48,983 bases of DNA, from UHGV virus genome UHGV-0385359, one strand, 5' to 3'. The position numbers and the translations under genes are program-made. A model generated the notes under the pieces. That model saw only the letters and a program-made list of their open reading frames with translations, did not search any database and was not told the DNA's origin. The first letter of the stretch is position 1; every line of letters starts with the position of its first letter. Positions 1 to 8,682 of the stretch are shown here, in pieces. This DNA is from a virus.

Positions 1-3
1 CAT

Positions 4-33
4 AAAAAAACCAACCGTAAGAGGTTGGTTTTT
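4..33 (-). terminator. rho-independent terminator downstream of the tRNA-Pro 3' end (host side of att)
   Basis: Inverted repeat ccaacc(11-16)/ggttgg(23-28). On the minus strand it is followed by a T-run (revcomp of the A-run at 4-10) immediately after the tRNA CCA end. Confidence 0.6.
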
Positions 34-44
34 CTAAGGGATTT

Positions 45-93
45 TGGTCGGCACGAGAGGATTTGAACCTCCGACCCCCGACACCCCATGACA
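45..93 (-). other. prophage attachment-site core: 3' segment (about 46-49 nt) of tRNA-Pro (anticodon stem, T-arm, acceptor stem, CCA) without a cognate 5' half
   Basis: Revcomp reads CATGGGGTGTCGGGGGTCGGAGGTTCAAATCCTCTCGTGCCGACCA. This matches the 3' half of enterobacterial tRNA-Pro (proM type) as recalled. The upstream part (94-125) does not form a D-arm. Integrase is adjacent. Confidence 0.7.
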
Positions 94-222
94 CCGCCTC
101 AAAATACCTGAAAGCCGCACCGTGCCTGGTGTTGTATGTCGTTCGTATGTATAAACAAACAGTGCATTTTTAGCAAAATTCGCCCTATATACATCAAAGG
201 GTTAAGTATGTGTTTCTCCCCG

Positions 223-1401
223 CTACCCCGCCTTAATTTCTCCGTGTGGAACCACAACCCAGTCGATATGGTTCTGGGTGTAAATCTTCGTCGACTTCGC
301 ATCGCTGTGGGCCATTCGGCCTTGCGGATCGATTCCCTGTTTATCAAAAAGGTGAGCGGCCAGTGCTCTGATTTCGTGAAACGTTGGCCTTTCATCCATC
401 TTGAGGTGATCACATAGCCCGAGCCTGTCACGCAAAGATGAAAACGACCGGCTTAAATAGTCCGGGGCCACTTGCGTCGGATGAGATACCTCTTTACTCC
501 GTTTAACCTGGCGGTCTGGTATTCTGTGGACAACGTAAGGGCTGGCTACATTATCCCTGCTGTCGTCTATTATCCGCTTTAGCTCTTCACCAATTGGGAT
601 CGCAACGTGTGACGCTTCTTTTTTCTGCACCTTCTGCCTGTGAATGTATAGCGTTCCATAAATGCCATTTTCTGGCTGTGGCAGCCAGACGCAGCCGCAA
701 ACACCGTTTTTTGGTTCCGAGATAGAGTAGCGTATTCTGGAAACTTCCAGCCTTGCGTGCGTCGTCTGTAATGCCAGATCCATTGCAGTTCTGAGCCACG
801 GTTCAGCTGCTCGCCTGATTGCCGTAAACTGATCCAGAGATAAACGCTGTCTTTTTTTCTCTTCTATCCTGCGCATTTTTTTGCGTGTCGCCGGGTTTTC
901 AAACATTAGTGATTCATCGACAGCATAAGAAAATAACTTTTTCAGAAAGCTAACTTTTCTGTTTTGTACGTTTGCCGACGCATCAGCATGATATTGATTG
1001 ATGTATGCGTTTACGTGCTCCAGTTCGATATCACAAGCAGGGACATTAATAAAAAATTCTTTCACACGCAGGACATCATTATTCCAGTCATCAAGAGTGC
1101 TCTGTGATGGACGTTCATCTTCAATAGCCCGCGCCATTATATGATCTACATGTTCGGCAAATGGTTTTGCTTCACCTGCAATTCCACCAGACTCTCTAAT
1201 TAAATTTTCAATGGAAGGTGAGGTTGCTGGACGCATTCTCAGGTTATATTCTCGGGCTATAGCAATCGCAATAGCCCTGTCTTTACCTATATTCTTTTTC
1301 TTTCCCGTAATCAGCGTAAATTTATAAACACCGCGATCTTTATCAAAAACCAGATAGTCTGGCAGATGACGGTATTCTCTTTTTCTTGGCCTTGCCGCCA
1401 T
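223..1401 (-). CDS. int: tyrosine-recombinase integrase (lambda Int family)
   Basis: 392 aa. C-terminal HEIRALAAHLF (HxxR) and IYTQNH (catalytic Tyr region). Adjacent to the tRNA-derived att core. Putative arm-type repeats (c/tGTATGT) lie in 137-220. Confidence 0.9.
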   Translation of the reverse strand: MAARPRKREYRHLPDYLVFDKDRGVYKFTLITGKKKNIGKDRAIAIAIAREYNLRMRPATSPSIENLIRESGGIAGEAKPFAEHVDHIMARAIEDERPSQSTLDDWNNDVLRVKEFFINVPACDIELEHVNAYINQYHADASANVQNRKVSFLKKLFSYAVDESLMFENPATRKKMRRIEEKKRQRLSLDQFTAIRRAAEPWLRTAMDLALQTTHARLEVSRIRYSISEPKNGVCGCVWLPQPENGIYGTLYIHRQKVQKKEASHVAIPIGEELKRIIDDSRDNVASPYVVHRIPDRQVKRSKEVSHPTQVAPDYLSRSFSSLRDRLGLCDHLKMDERPTFHEIRALAAHLFDKQGIDPQGRMAHSDAKSTKIYTQNHIDWVVVPHGEIKAG

Positions 1402-1403
1402 GG

Positions 1404-1613
1404 TTAGCCCTCATTAATTAACTGGCGAACCGTGTGACTAACCATTGAGTCGACGCCCCATTTTTCTGTCTCGCAGACAAACACAGATCCATCCACGATC
1501 CTTCCCATGAGCAAACCATTTTCGACCCAACGCTTAATAGTTCGGTTGTCAGGAACAGAGTCTTTGGTAAATTCACGATTGCCCCATTGACTTGCTTTCA
1601 TCAGCTTTGCCAT
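1404..1613 (-). CDS. xis: excisionase / AlpA-Xis family DNA-binding protein
   Basis: 69 aa, directly upstream of int and translationally close. RWVENGLL..GR motif typical of phage excisionase winged helix. Confidence 0.65.
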   Translation of the reverse strand: MAKLMKASQWGNREFTKDSVPDNRTIKRWVENGLLMGRIVDGSVFVCETEKWGVDSMVSHTVRQLINEG

Positions 1614-1655
1614 GGCTATTTCTCCATAAAGCCCGGCTGCACCCGGGCGATAAAG

Positions 1656-2183
1656 TTAAATATCGTTGCTGGTGGTTCTATGTAAATTATGCTGTGGAGC
1701 TGATGCCAACAGACGCTTAGCATCAATACTGCCCTGTGCCTCAAGTTCGCCGTCCGCTTCAAGTCCATTTTCCAGGTAATCAATAACGTCGCTAACCCAC
1801 TTCCTCCAAGCGTCAGGAATATTATTCGGAATATTTTGTTGCTGGTTTTGTGGTTGCAGTGCAGCTGCTAACATTGCTCGCCAGATAGCATCGTGGTGAA
1901 CATAGAACATCGAGTCATCCTCCTTATCGAAAGACACATCATCGCTATCCATTGCAGCAGCAATCATTTCAGGTGTCGGCTCAACCGGCACAGCCGCCCA
2001 TCCAGCTGGAAACTTATAAGGCTGGCTGACAGGTTCATCGTTCTGAGCATCACGCAGAGCGTAAAAGACTTTATTACGCAATTCGTTGAACTCGTCAGAG
2101 CGAATATCTTCAGCCCGGTACGGCGGTGCCATTAAGCTAAAAATTATCGACAACTCGCGCTCAGATAACTGGATAGTTTTCAC
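1656..2183 (-). CDS. hypothetical prophage early protein
   Basis: 175 aa ORF in the leftward early operon; 4-nt overlap coupling with the neighbour. Confidence 0.5.
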   Translation of the reverse strand: MKTIQLSERELSIIFSLMAPPYRAEDIRSDEFNELRNKVFYALRDAQNDEPVSQPYKFPAGWAAVPVEPTPEMIAAAMDSDDVSFDKEDDSMFYVHHDAIWRAMLAAALQPQNQQQNIPNNIPDAWRKWVSDVIDYLENGLEADGELEAQGSIDAKRLLASAPQHNLHRTTSNDI

Positions 2184-2620
2184 GATTTACCTCCGTTGAG
2201 CATGGCGGCGCGGCAGGCGTTCCATATCTCCTGTGCATCGCCATCATGGAAGAGAGCGTCAGAATGGGACGCCATCAGGTCGCGAATTTCTACCGGGCAT
2301 TCGTCCGGCACTACCGGTGCTGGCGGGGCGGTGTAGAGTGGGCCCGGCGCGACATCATGGCGACGCCAGCGGATATCACAGGTTCTTTCCTCGTTCGGTG
2401 ATGCCCATGCAACGACATCAGCCACAGGCTCCGCCTTCCGCACTTCCAACAGTTCATCAATCGCTTTCACAGCATCAGTGATGATGTAGTCCATACTTCC
2501 GCCATTTGAGTATTGAAGATTACGCTGTAACACGTCACGAACGTGGCCCAGCCGCTCGGTTGTAAGCGGGCTGTTGGCCGGATGGTTAGCGCCGAGGCCT
2601 GTTAACTGGTTATTAGTCAT
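2180..2620 (-). CDS. hypothetical prophage early protein
   Basis: 146 aa ORF, ATGA-type overlap with flanking genes. Confidence 0.5.
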   Translation of the reverse strand: MTNNQLTGLGANHPANSPLTTERLGHVRDVLQRNLQYSNGGSMDYIITDAVKAIDELLEVRKAEPVADVVAWASPNEERTCDIRWRRHDVAPGPLYTAPPAPVVPDECPVEIRDLMASHSDALFHDGDAQEIWNACRAAMLNGGKS

Positions 2621-2802
2621 TGCAGCACCACCTTTTTACCGTGTTTCACTAATTCACCAACATCAATGCCGACGTTCAGCCAAAAACTCAGGGCTAACAA
2701 CACATCGTCTTCATTCTTGCAGTGGCAGGCGTTAATAAACTCCTGAACCGTTTTTACAGCCAGTTTTGCCATTTCCTCTTCAGTCAGGCGTTCTTTGGTC
2801 AT
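2617..2802 (-). CDS. hypothetical small protein
   Basis: 61 aa, translationally coupled within the operon. Confidence 0.4.
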   Translation of the reverse strand: MTKERLTEEEMAKLAVKTVQEFINACHCKNEDDVLLALSFWLNVGIDVGELVKHGKKVVLQ

Positions 2803-3047
2803 AGCGTCATAAGCTCCATTTTCTTGATGATTTCAGCCTGTGATTCTTCCTCATCTTCAGAAGTAGTCAGCGCCACATCATCGAACGCAGAACGAACCAT
2901 ATCGACCTCTTCTTCGGTGAAAAAATCATCGCGATAGTCGGACCATAAAACGGCAGAAAGACGACCACCTAAAACCTCGGTTACCATTGATACCGCTGGC
3001 TCTTCACCATCTTTAAAATCGACGACAAAAGTTACCTTACCCATCAC
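2799..3047 (-). CDS. hypothetical acidic small protein
   Basis: 82 aa, coupled. Confidence 0.45.
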   Translation of the reverse strand: MMGKVTFVVDFKDGEEPAVSMVTEVLGGRLSAVLWSDYRDDFFTEEEVDMVRSAFDDVALTTSEDEEESQAEIIKKMELMTL

Positions 3048-3268
3048 GCCCCCTTACCGATGCCAGCGGCGGCAACTTCTTTCGCCAGCCGCTCAGCTTC
3101 ACGAAAATCCCAGTCCACGCGGTGCGCTATCTCAATTGCAGAGCGCACAGTGCGCTCAATCAGAGAGTCCAGTTGATCGATTGTCATTGCTATGTCAGGG
3201 TTGTGAGCCAGTAACTCAGCGCGCCGAATCTGCCAGTTGTTGCAGGTTTCCAGTAATGAATTAGCCAT
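3044..3268 (-). CDS. hypothetical small protein
   Basis: 74 aa, coupled. Confidence 0.45.
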   Translation of the reverse strand: MANSLLETCNNWQIRRAELLAHNPDIAMTIDQLDSLIERTVRSAIEIAHRVDWDFREAERLAKEVAAAGIGKGA

Positions 3269-4034
3269 TGTCTTTACCCCGCGAGCTATATGCCGTCAGG
3301 CATTGTTCGAATCCCGCCTGGTCATCTGTTTGTCCAAGACTAAAGCCATGCTGAAGGCCGTGACGAAACGCGCTATCCTGCAATTTGTCAGCGGTTTGGA
3401 GTTTCGCCTCCAGTTCTGCTATGCGCTTCTTCATGTCGTCGATAGCCTCCAGAATCGACTCGTTATCGCCAGCACATCCCAGCTCCTCGGCATATTCTCG
3501 CTGCACCTGATCGGCGCTTAACAGCAAAAATTCACGGTGGTCTAAGCTGCGCTGTTGTTCCGCAATCCGCTCCTCATACCGAGCACCAATGGAAACAGCT
3601 TTTTCAAATGCCTTGAACCATTTGGCTGAATCCTGCTTTGCGGCTTCCAGCTTTGACTCCAGATGATCGATATAGAGCTTCAGAACGTCGGCGAGGTGCT
3701 TACCCCACGGTTTAATGACGTCAAATCGCTTATCACCCTGCACCCATTCTGTTTTATCGTGCCACTCATTGAATGCGGTACGGAAAGACTGGAGCGCTTC
3801 CAGCTCATCCAGCAGCGCCAGAACGGTGTCCGGGCCGAATGCCGCGATAAAGGTCGCAATTTTTCGCTCGGATATTTCATTAGAAACTGGCTGGTAAGAA
3901 CGGTAGGTTTCTCCCTTCTCAAGGCTCCCTTTGACGATAACCTGATATCCATCATCGCCATTATCGAGAGTCTCCCACTCTTCGCGTTCAACACTTTCTG
4001 CGATATCACGCAGCGCCTGTTTGTCGATTGTCAT
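3261..4034 (-). CDS. Ea22-like coiled-coil protein (start trimmed to the ATGA-coupled Met)
   Basis: Acidic, coiled-coil-rich protein typical of the ea22 family of the lambdoid b-region. ATG at 4034 overlaps the stop of the upstream gene (ATGA). Confidence 0.5.
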   Translation of the reverse strand: MTIDKQALRDIAESVEREEWETLDNGDDGYQVIVKGSLEKGETYRSYQPVSNEISERKIATFIAAFGPDTVLALLDELEALQSFRTAFNEWHDKTEWVQGDKRFDVIKPWGKHLADVLKLYIDHLESKLEAAKQDSAKWFKAFEKAVSIGARYEERIAEQQRSLDHREFLLLSADQVQREYAEELGCAGDNESILEAIDDMKKRIAELEAKLQTADKLQDSAFRHGLQHGFSLGQTDDQAGFEQCLTAYSSRGKDNG

Positions 4035-4525
4035 GCTGTACGCTCCCGTTTTGATTTGCGCAACGCTTCTTTGTAGCTGGCCTTGGCTGCTTTCTTCGTC
4101 GGGCACCACTCACCACGAACATCACAGTACGAATCCCAATATGCCCGTGAACGACGAACCATGCGGTACTCCCACTTGTAACGCCCAATCTCACGCTCTT
4201 CATAGACCGGCAACTCAATACCAAGCCATTCACCGAATGATTCACACACTTCAGAGTGAAGATATTCCTCGTAGCGAGTGCGTTTCTTCGGCTCAGGCAG
4301 CGCAGCAATCGCTAACTCTTCGCCTTTATCGGTGACGTGATAGAGCGTTCCGCCACCCGCAAAATCAGGCGCAGGCCGGGAAGTAGCACAACCATCAGCA
4401 ACAAGCGCTTGCCACTTCGAGTTGTCTGTATGACCGTCGCCAGCGAGGAAATAATTGCGGTACGGCGTCCTGTTGCGCTCGTTGATACCCAGCGCGTGCT
4501 GCATGAGTTCGATACCAGTGCTCAT
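4031..4525 (-). CDS. hypothetical protein
   Basis: 164 aa ORF; operon context. Confidence 0.5.
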   Translation of the reverse strand: MSTGIELMQHALGINERNRTPYRNYFLAGDGHTDNSKWQALVADGCATSRPAPDFAGGGTLYHVTDKGEELAIAALPEPKKRTRYEEYLHSEVCESFGEWLGIELPVYEEREIGRYKWEYRMVRRSRAYWDSYCDVRGEWCPTKKAAKASYKEALRKSKRERTA

Positions 4526-4776
4526 TGGGCTGCTCCTTTGCGGACGTTTCGCAGAAGCTGGTTAAATATCAGCGTTAAGTTATTGCTGCATCCAAACGGC
4601 AGATCATTGACGCGGTATGTCGGTATCCCACCGCGTGCGCCAGACTTAACAATTCTCCCTGTTGCATAAAGCTGAGATAGTGCGCTGGCTACGGCTGGCG
4701 TCTTTTTACCCATCGCTCTTGCGATTTCACCGCTGGTGGTGTTCGGGTGGGCCTGGAGATATTCAAATACGGTCAT
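4522..4776 (-). CDS. hypothetical winged-helix-like DNA-binding protein
   Basis: 84 aa; a helix-turn-helix-like segment (TSGEIARAMGKKTPAVASALSQL). Confidence 0.45.
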   Translation of the reverse strand: MTVFEYLQAHPNTTSGEIARAMGKKTPAVASALSQLYATGRIVKSGARGGIPTYRVNDLPFGCSNNLTLIFNQLLRNVRKGAAQ

Positions 4777-4970
4777 TGTGTTTTCCCCTCACGCAGTTGA
4801 GCAATTTCAGTCCGGGCCAGAACCAACTGATCAAGTGACTCAGTTAAAGCCAGGAAGGTGACTTCCAGACGCGTAGCAACGTCCCGCATCAGTTGCGCAT
4901 ATTCTGGTGGTAGTTCAGTGGCTGCGGCGTGGGCTTCTGCTGCCAATTCTTTAACTTTCAGGCGGCGCAT
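4773..4970 (-). CDS. hypothetical small protein
   Basis: 65 aa, coupled. Confidence 0.4.
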   Translation of the reverse strand: MRRLKVKELAAEAHAAATELPPEYAQLMRDVATRLEVTFLALTESLDQLVLARTEIAQLREGKTQ

Positions 4971-5497
4971 TGGCGCAACTCCATCAGTTCATTGAATCGG
5001 GTCATGAAAAGCCCAAACGCCTGCCCGGGGCGAAGAGGGTATATTTCAAACAAATCTGTCGGTGGAATACCTTCCAGCATCACCCACGGAATACTGTCAT
5101 CGATATCCAGATCTCGGCGTTCGGTCGCGAGCATGGTCAGGTCGGCATATTTAACGAGGTATGTCTCGTTAAGCGGCAGGCCGAACTTCAGGCGGATCAG
5201 TTGATCTGTGCGCGTCTCGATCCGGCGGTAGTCTGGCAACAGTGCTTTAAGTGGTGCCGGGATGTCCTGGCAGTACGCCTCTGCGGCATCATGCATCAGC
5301 GCTTCAAAGGCGAACTCTGGCGCCACGAGCTGGCTGCACAGAACGGAATGCTGCGCCACGCTGTAAAACTCTGGCAGGTGTCCAGCAAAACGGCAGATAT
5401 TAGAAAGTGCGCCAGCGATATCCTCAATATCAATATCGTCAACTGTTGAGTTGAGATAATCAAATTGCTTGCCAGAAAGCGTCTGGATAAAGCTCAT
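4958..5497 (-). CDS. yfdR: HD-domain phosphohydrolase (YfdR-like 5'-deoxynucleotidase family)
   Basis: 179 aa with NICRFAGH...YSVAQHSVLCS...EALMHDAAEAYCQDIPAPLK, matching the CPS-53 YfdR / YfbR HD-hydrolase signature as recalled. Confidence 0.7.
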   Translation of the reverse strand: MSFIQTLSGKQFDYLNSTVDDIDIEDIAGALSNICRFAGHLPEFYSVAQHSVLCSQLVAPEFAFEALMHDAAEAYCQDIPAPLKALLPDYRRIETRTDQLIRLKFGLPLNETYLVKYADLTMLATERRDLDIDDSIPWVMLEGIPPTDLFEIYPLRPGQAFGLFMTRFNELMELRQCAA

Positions 5498-5628
5498 CGT
5501 TATTTCTCCTTATTTTGCGCGCTGCACCGCGCGATTTTTGGTTGCACGAATCCCTCGCCGGATGGCGATAATTAATGGAATTACGCTTCAATAAATCCCC
5601 GCGGCGCCGGGGATTTAATGCAGAGCAA

Positions 5629-6456
5629 TTAGGCTTTAAAGTTACCGATGAAAGTTTCCACTGATTCACCGTCGAACTTGCTGATCAGTAAATCGCGGAA
5701 TTCGTTGGCGATCGCTTCTTCCTGGGCTTCAAGTTGGACGATGCGCAGAACAAAGCAGGGTTCATCGCTGGTCAGCAGGCTGTTACGCAAGCTAAAGCGG
5801 CGTTCGCCCAGACCTTCATACGGCACACATTTGAATTCGAACGCTACCGGCATTACGTCTTTGCTGCTTGCTTCGACGCTTTGCATGAGTGATTTTTTAC
5901 CAGCGAAATCACCAGTTTCATGATCCTGCTGGGTTGCTTGTTGGATAGTGATACGACGCACGGCCTGAGCCGCCTGAGAAATCTCCATCGTCTTACCATC
6001 AGCGTCAAACGCCAGCAGGTAATCACTCCAGTCTTCCAGCCATTCAGCGATTTGCTTTTGTTTCAGACGCTGACCATCGATCTGTAGTAGCGCGCGAAAC
6101 GGGGCGGTTTTCTTCAGAGTGATTGAAGCAACGTTATCGGCGTGACCGGGGTTATCCAGGGTGCCGATGTTGAATACTGAACGGGCGGTCATGTTGTCAG
6201 CGTCAATGAAGCAACGAGCTGGCTCGCTGGCGCTGGCATAACCTTTAGAATAACGTGCGAAGTCGTCAATACTGGTTGTGGTCATTGCGCCACGAAAGCG
6301 GAAACGTTCCAGAGAAAAGCGCTCAAGGCTTTCAACGCCAGTACCCTCTGGCAGTAATGCGGTCGGGCAAGCCAGGCCATGAATATCATTCAGGTGATAA
6401 CCGGAAAGGACCAGGTCTTTGACCTGCTTGAAGGTGCCGCTGTCTAACTGAGACAT
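5629..6456 (-). CDS. yfdQ: YfdQ-like (DUF2303-type) prophage protein
   Basis: 275 aa. Sits directly upstream of the YfdR-like gene, as in CPS-53. Confidence 0.55.
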   Translation of the reverse strand: MSQLDSGTFKQVKDLVLSGYHLNDIHGLACPTALLPEGTGVESLERFSLERFRFRGAMTTTSIDDFARYSKGYASASEPARCFIDADNMTARSVFNIGTLDNPGHADNVASITLKKTAPFRALLQIDGQRLKQKQIAEWLEDWSDYLLAFDADGKTMEISQAAQAVRRITIQQATQQDHETGDFAGKKSLMQSVEASSKDVMPVAFEFKCVPYEGLGERRFSLRNSLLTSDEPCFVLRIVQLEAQEEAIANEFRDLLISKFDGESVETFIGNFKA

Positions 6457-6512
6457 AAAAATTCCTTATTAATAGATGATCGAAGTGGTATCAGTGACTT
6501 TGTTGTTGCGGA

Positions 6513-6884
6513 TCACTGAGCCGCTTTAAGCTTTCCGTCCACCGCGCCGGTGATCCCGAACAGTTGCCCCTGATCCTCCTGGAGGATGGTTAGCTTCCCG
6601 CCTTTGTTAACCCACATAGGGGTTTCGGTTGTGTCCTCTTCGGAGGCTTTACCGCGCGGGGTTGGGGTGCTGTAGTTCAGCTTGTGCTTGATCTTGACGC
6701 GCTTCTCTTCAACGGAATTACCCATACGCTCAAAATCAAAGGTGAGGACTACTTTGCCTTTGTTGCCGTTGTTCAGAACGCCAAGCGCGGTGGTGTTAAG
6801 TGCTGCCGCGATTTTGTTCATGAACACACCGGCATCCAGCTCGCCCAAAAAGTCGGGCACTACGGTCATGCGGTCATTACTCAT
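6513..6884 (-). CDS. hypothetical protein (yfdP position); start trimmed to an RBS-supported Met
   Basis: GAGGG-N7-ATG at 6884. First gene of the leftward early operon, downstream of the PL-like region. Confidence 0.45.
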   Translation of the reverse strand: MSNDRMTVVPDFLGELDAGVFMNKIAAALNTTALGVLNNGNKGKVVLTFDFERMGNSVEEKRVKIKHKLNYSTPTPRGKASEEDTTETPMWVNKGGKLTILQEDQGQLFGITGAVDGKLKAAQ

Positions 6885-7170
6885 GGTTTTACCCTCGTTA
6901 TGGCGGCTGCCACCGCCGAACTTTCTCCATACACAACAGAGAAGGGCACCTGCATTTGTCGGCGACTGCAATCGCTATCCTCTTGCCCGGGTGGATTGGG
7001 TTATGAGCCCGTCGCCCGGTGATGCCCTTGTCTGTTGTGTAAAAAGGGCGGTACCGAGGTAGAACATTATCTTCGTCCCCCTTGCATAAGGTTGAAGACC
7101 CTGGTACCGCCAAGACTACACACAGCAATACTGGAACTACGGTTATCACGGTCCTGAGCGTGATTTTTTC

Positions 7171-7324
7171 GACAGGTATCTTCGGGCGGGGTGCCAGTGA
7201 CTAGCTGGCAACCCTACGGTGTTCCATAGCTGGTGTCCGTGGGTTCGACGGGACCGTGTCCACCAGGTGAGCGCGCTGGATTGGTAGTCACTCCAAACCG
7301 CAACCCCTCCCGAAGATACCTGTC
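7171..7324. promoter_or_regulatory. large structured inverted-repeat element in the PL leader (21-bp arms with one mismatch, nested inner helices)
   Basis: gacaggtatcttcgggcgggg (7171-7191) is complementary to cccctcccgaagatacctgtc (7304-7324). Nested complementary pairs inside: agtgacta/tagtcact and ctggtg/caccag. Confidence 0.5.
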
Positions 7325-7425
7325 AGCGAATCATCCGGTCATTCATACGCCACCGGCGGCTACTTCGTGGGCTTCCTGCCTGTTCGCTGTTGATGAATAC
7401 ATAATTAACCAATAGATAATATTTG

Positions 7426-7463
7426 TAAATAACCAATGGTTAATTTTGTGGGTTTTATAAGGT
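7426..7463. promoter_or_regulatory. OL operators (TTAACC-N3-GGTTAA family) and leftward early promoter region
   Basis: ttaaccaatggttaa (7449-7463) and a half-matched ttaaccaatagataa (7426-7440). The same motif recurs in OR upstream of cI/cro. Confidence 0.5.
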
Positions 7464-7541
7464 AATCAATTGTTTTTTAATGTTATTTATTTTTCTTAAA
7501 TAATGGTGATATGATTAAAAAAACACCGATAGGGGGTGGTA

Positions 7542-7748
7542 ATGGAACGTGACGAACTGGAAGAAGACCGAGCAGCTTTCATTGCGGGTGAGATTGGCGG
7601 CGTGGTTATTCAGTTAATTATTGATGGCGTTGAAATCAATCGGGACAACATCGTTGACTATCTGGAGGCCAAGCGCAGGGCGGTAGGGAATGTGATCCAC
7701 AAGGGGATACTGCGCGATTCAGCTGCAATGGTGAGAAAAGGGCAATAA
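7542..7748 (+). CDS. hypothetical small acidic protein
   Basis: AGGGGG RBS 6 nt before the ATG at 7542. Terminator hairpin immediately downstream. Confidence 0.45.
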   Translation: MERDELEEDRAAFIAGEIGGVVIQLIIDGVEINRDNIVDYLEAKRRAVGNVIHKGILRDSAAMVRKGQ

Positions 7749-7775
7749 AAAACCCGGCGCGGTGGCCGGGGTTAT
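7749..7775. terminator. bidirectional hairpin terminator between convergent genes
   Basis: cccggcgcggtggccggg hairpin flanked by A-run and T-rich sequence. Lies between the plus-strand gene and the SecB-like gene. Confidence 0.5.
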
Positions 7776-8140
7776 TCTGCTATAACCACTGGTAAGTTTA
7801 TGTTGTTGTATCCCGCCAGTCGAGTTGTTGCAATAGTGAACGCTCTTACATAAGGATACAGGGTGTTAACAACAATTGCTGTTGCCAATTCTTCGTGCGC
7901 GTCCGTCTCGCTCATGTCTCTGTCAAATTTCACAACAGCCATTTGGGTGGCGTTAAATATAAACTTCTCATTTTTAATGAGTTTAAGTGACAGCGCGAGC
8001 CTAAAACTGCGTTTGTCTTTAGTATTGTAATCGACGGCAGTATCTATGCTCATAGTAAATTCTTTACCGTCACTTGTTTTTTCTGTCGTGCGAGTAAGAC
8101 TGAAAGAGTCCACCCACATACTGGAAATTACAAATTTCAT
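7772..8140 (-). CDS. SecB-like chaperone (toxin-antitoxin-chaperone TAC component)
   Basis: 122 aa. Aligns with E. coli SecB along its length, e.g. TLYPYVRAFTIATTRLAGYNNINLPVVI versus [29 protein letters not shown]. Immediately downstream of the antitoxin. Confidence 0.75.
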   Translation of the reverse strand: MKFVISSMWVDSFSLTRTTEKTSDGKEFTMSIDTAVDYNTKDKRSFRLALSLKLIKNEKFIFNATQMAVVKFDRDMSETDAHEELATAIVVNTLYPYVRAFTIATTRLAGYNNINLPVVIAE

Positions 8141-8150
8141 AATATTTCCA

Positions 8151-8666
8151 TTAATGTGTCTTTTCTAAGAGAGTTGTTTCAACGGCAAATTCATTCACCC
8201 AAGAATTTGAAAAAGATACTTGTTTGAACCATGTAGTCTGAACTCTAGTAGAAACACCAGCCTTTTCACAAAGGTCTGCAAAAACAGCAGGGTAAGAATC
8301 AGCCACACGAAGTAACTTGTCCATCGACTCAGACTGGATCACATCGTTGTTTTCATATTTGGTGAAGGCATTTGGTCCACCGCCAAAAACAAGTGAAGCC
8401 TCATCTTGTGTTAGTCCAAGCCGGATGCGAATGTCGTAAACTTCTTTGCCAGTAAGCAATCCATCCACTTCTTTTTTGAAGCAATTCATAACTCGTTTAT
8501 TGTATTTGAGTTCGCTTGCACCCACTTGCTCTACATGACAAGAATCACAGATAAAGTAAGTATCAGTAACTTGTTTTATCCTGCCTTTATAAGTGATCTG
8601 ATCCTCTTCCATCTTCTTAGTCAGATGTCCTTTGCCGCAAAGGGGGCAAATCTCTCCATTTTTCAT
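8151..8666 (-). CDS. MqsA-like antitoxin (Zn-ribbon + XRE HTH) with C-terminal aromatic-rich extension (putative chaperone-addiction segment)
   Basis: CPLCGKG...CDSCH zinc ribbon. LTQDEASLVFGGGPNAFTKYENN...MDKLLRV matches the MqsA HTH (LTQKEASEIFGGGVNAFSRYEKGN..TIKLLRV). Extra ~45 aa C-terminus (…WFKQVSFSNSWVNEF…). AGGAGG RBS before the ATG at 8666. Confidence 0.8.
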   Translation of the reverse strand: MKNGEICPLCGKGHLTKKMEEDQITYKGRIKQVTDTYFICDSCHVEQVGASELKYNKRVMNCFKKEVDGLLTGKEVYDIRIRLGLTQDEASLVFGGGPNAFTKYENNDVIQSESMDKLLRVADSYPAVFADLCEKAGVSTRVQTTWFKQVSFSNSWVNEFAVETTLLEKTH

Positions 8667-8682
8667 AAAGCCTCCTGAGTAG

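Noticed and set aside
5584-5612. Perfect 8-bp hairpin aaatcccc-gcggcgcc-ggggattt in the yfdQ-yfdR-like intergenic gap
   Set aside because: No flanking U-run on either strand, so not a canonical intrinsic terminator. Possibly an RNA-processing or REP-like element, but evidence is insufficient.
7200-7330. Possible tmRNA/ssrA-derived sequence (GGATTCGACGGG-like motif)
   Set aside because: The resemblance to the tmRNA 5' end is limited to about 10 nt. No tmRNA 3' acceptor/T-arm context was found.
7233-7415. 60-aa ORF, and a T-arm-like gggttcgacggg…acca motif, inside the structured PL leader
   Set aside because: No cloverleaf (no acceptor 5' strand, D-arm or anticodon arm) could be folded. The ORF lacks an RBS and lies within an obviously structured noncoding element.
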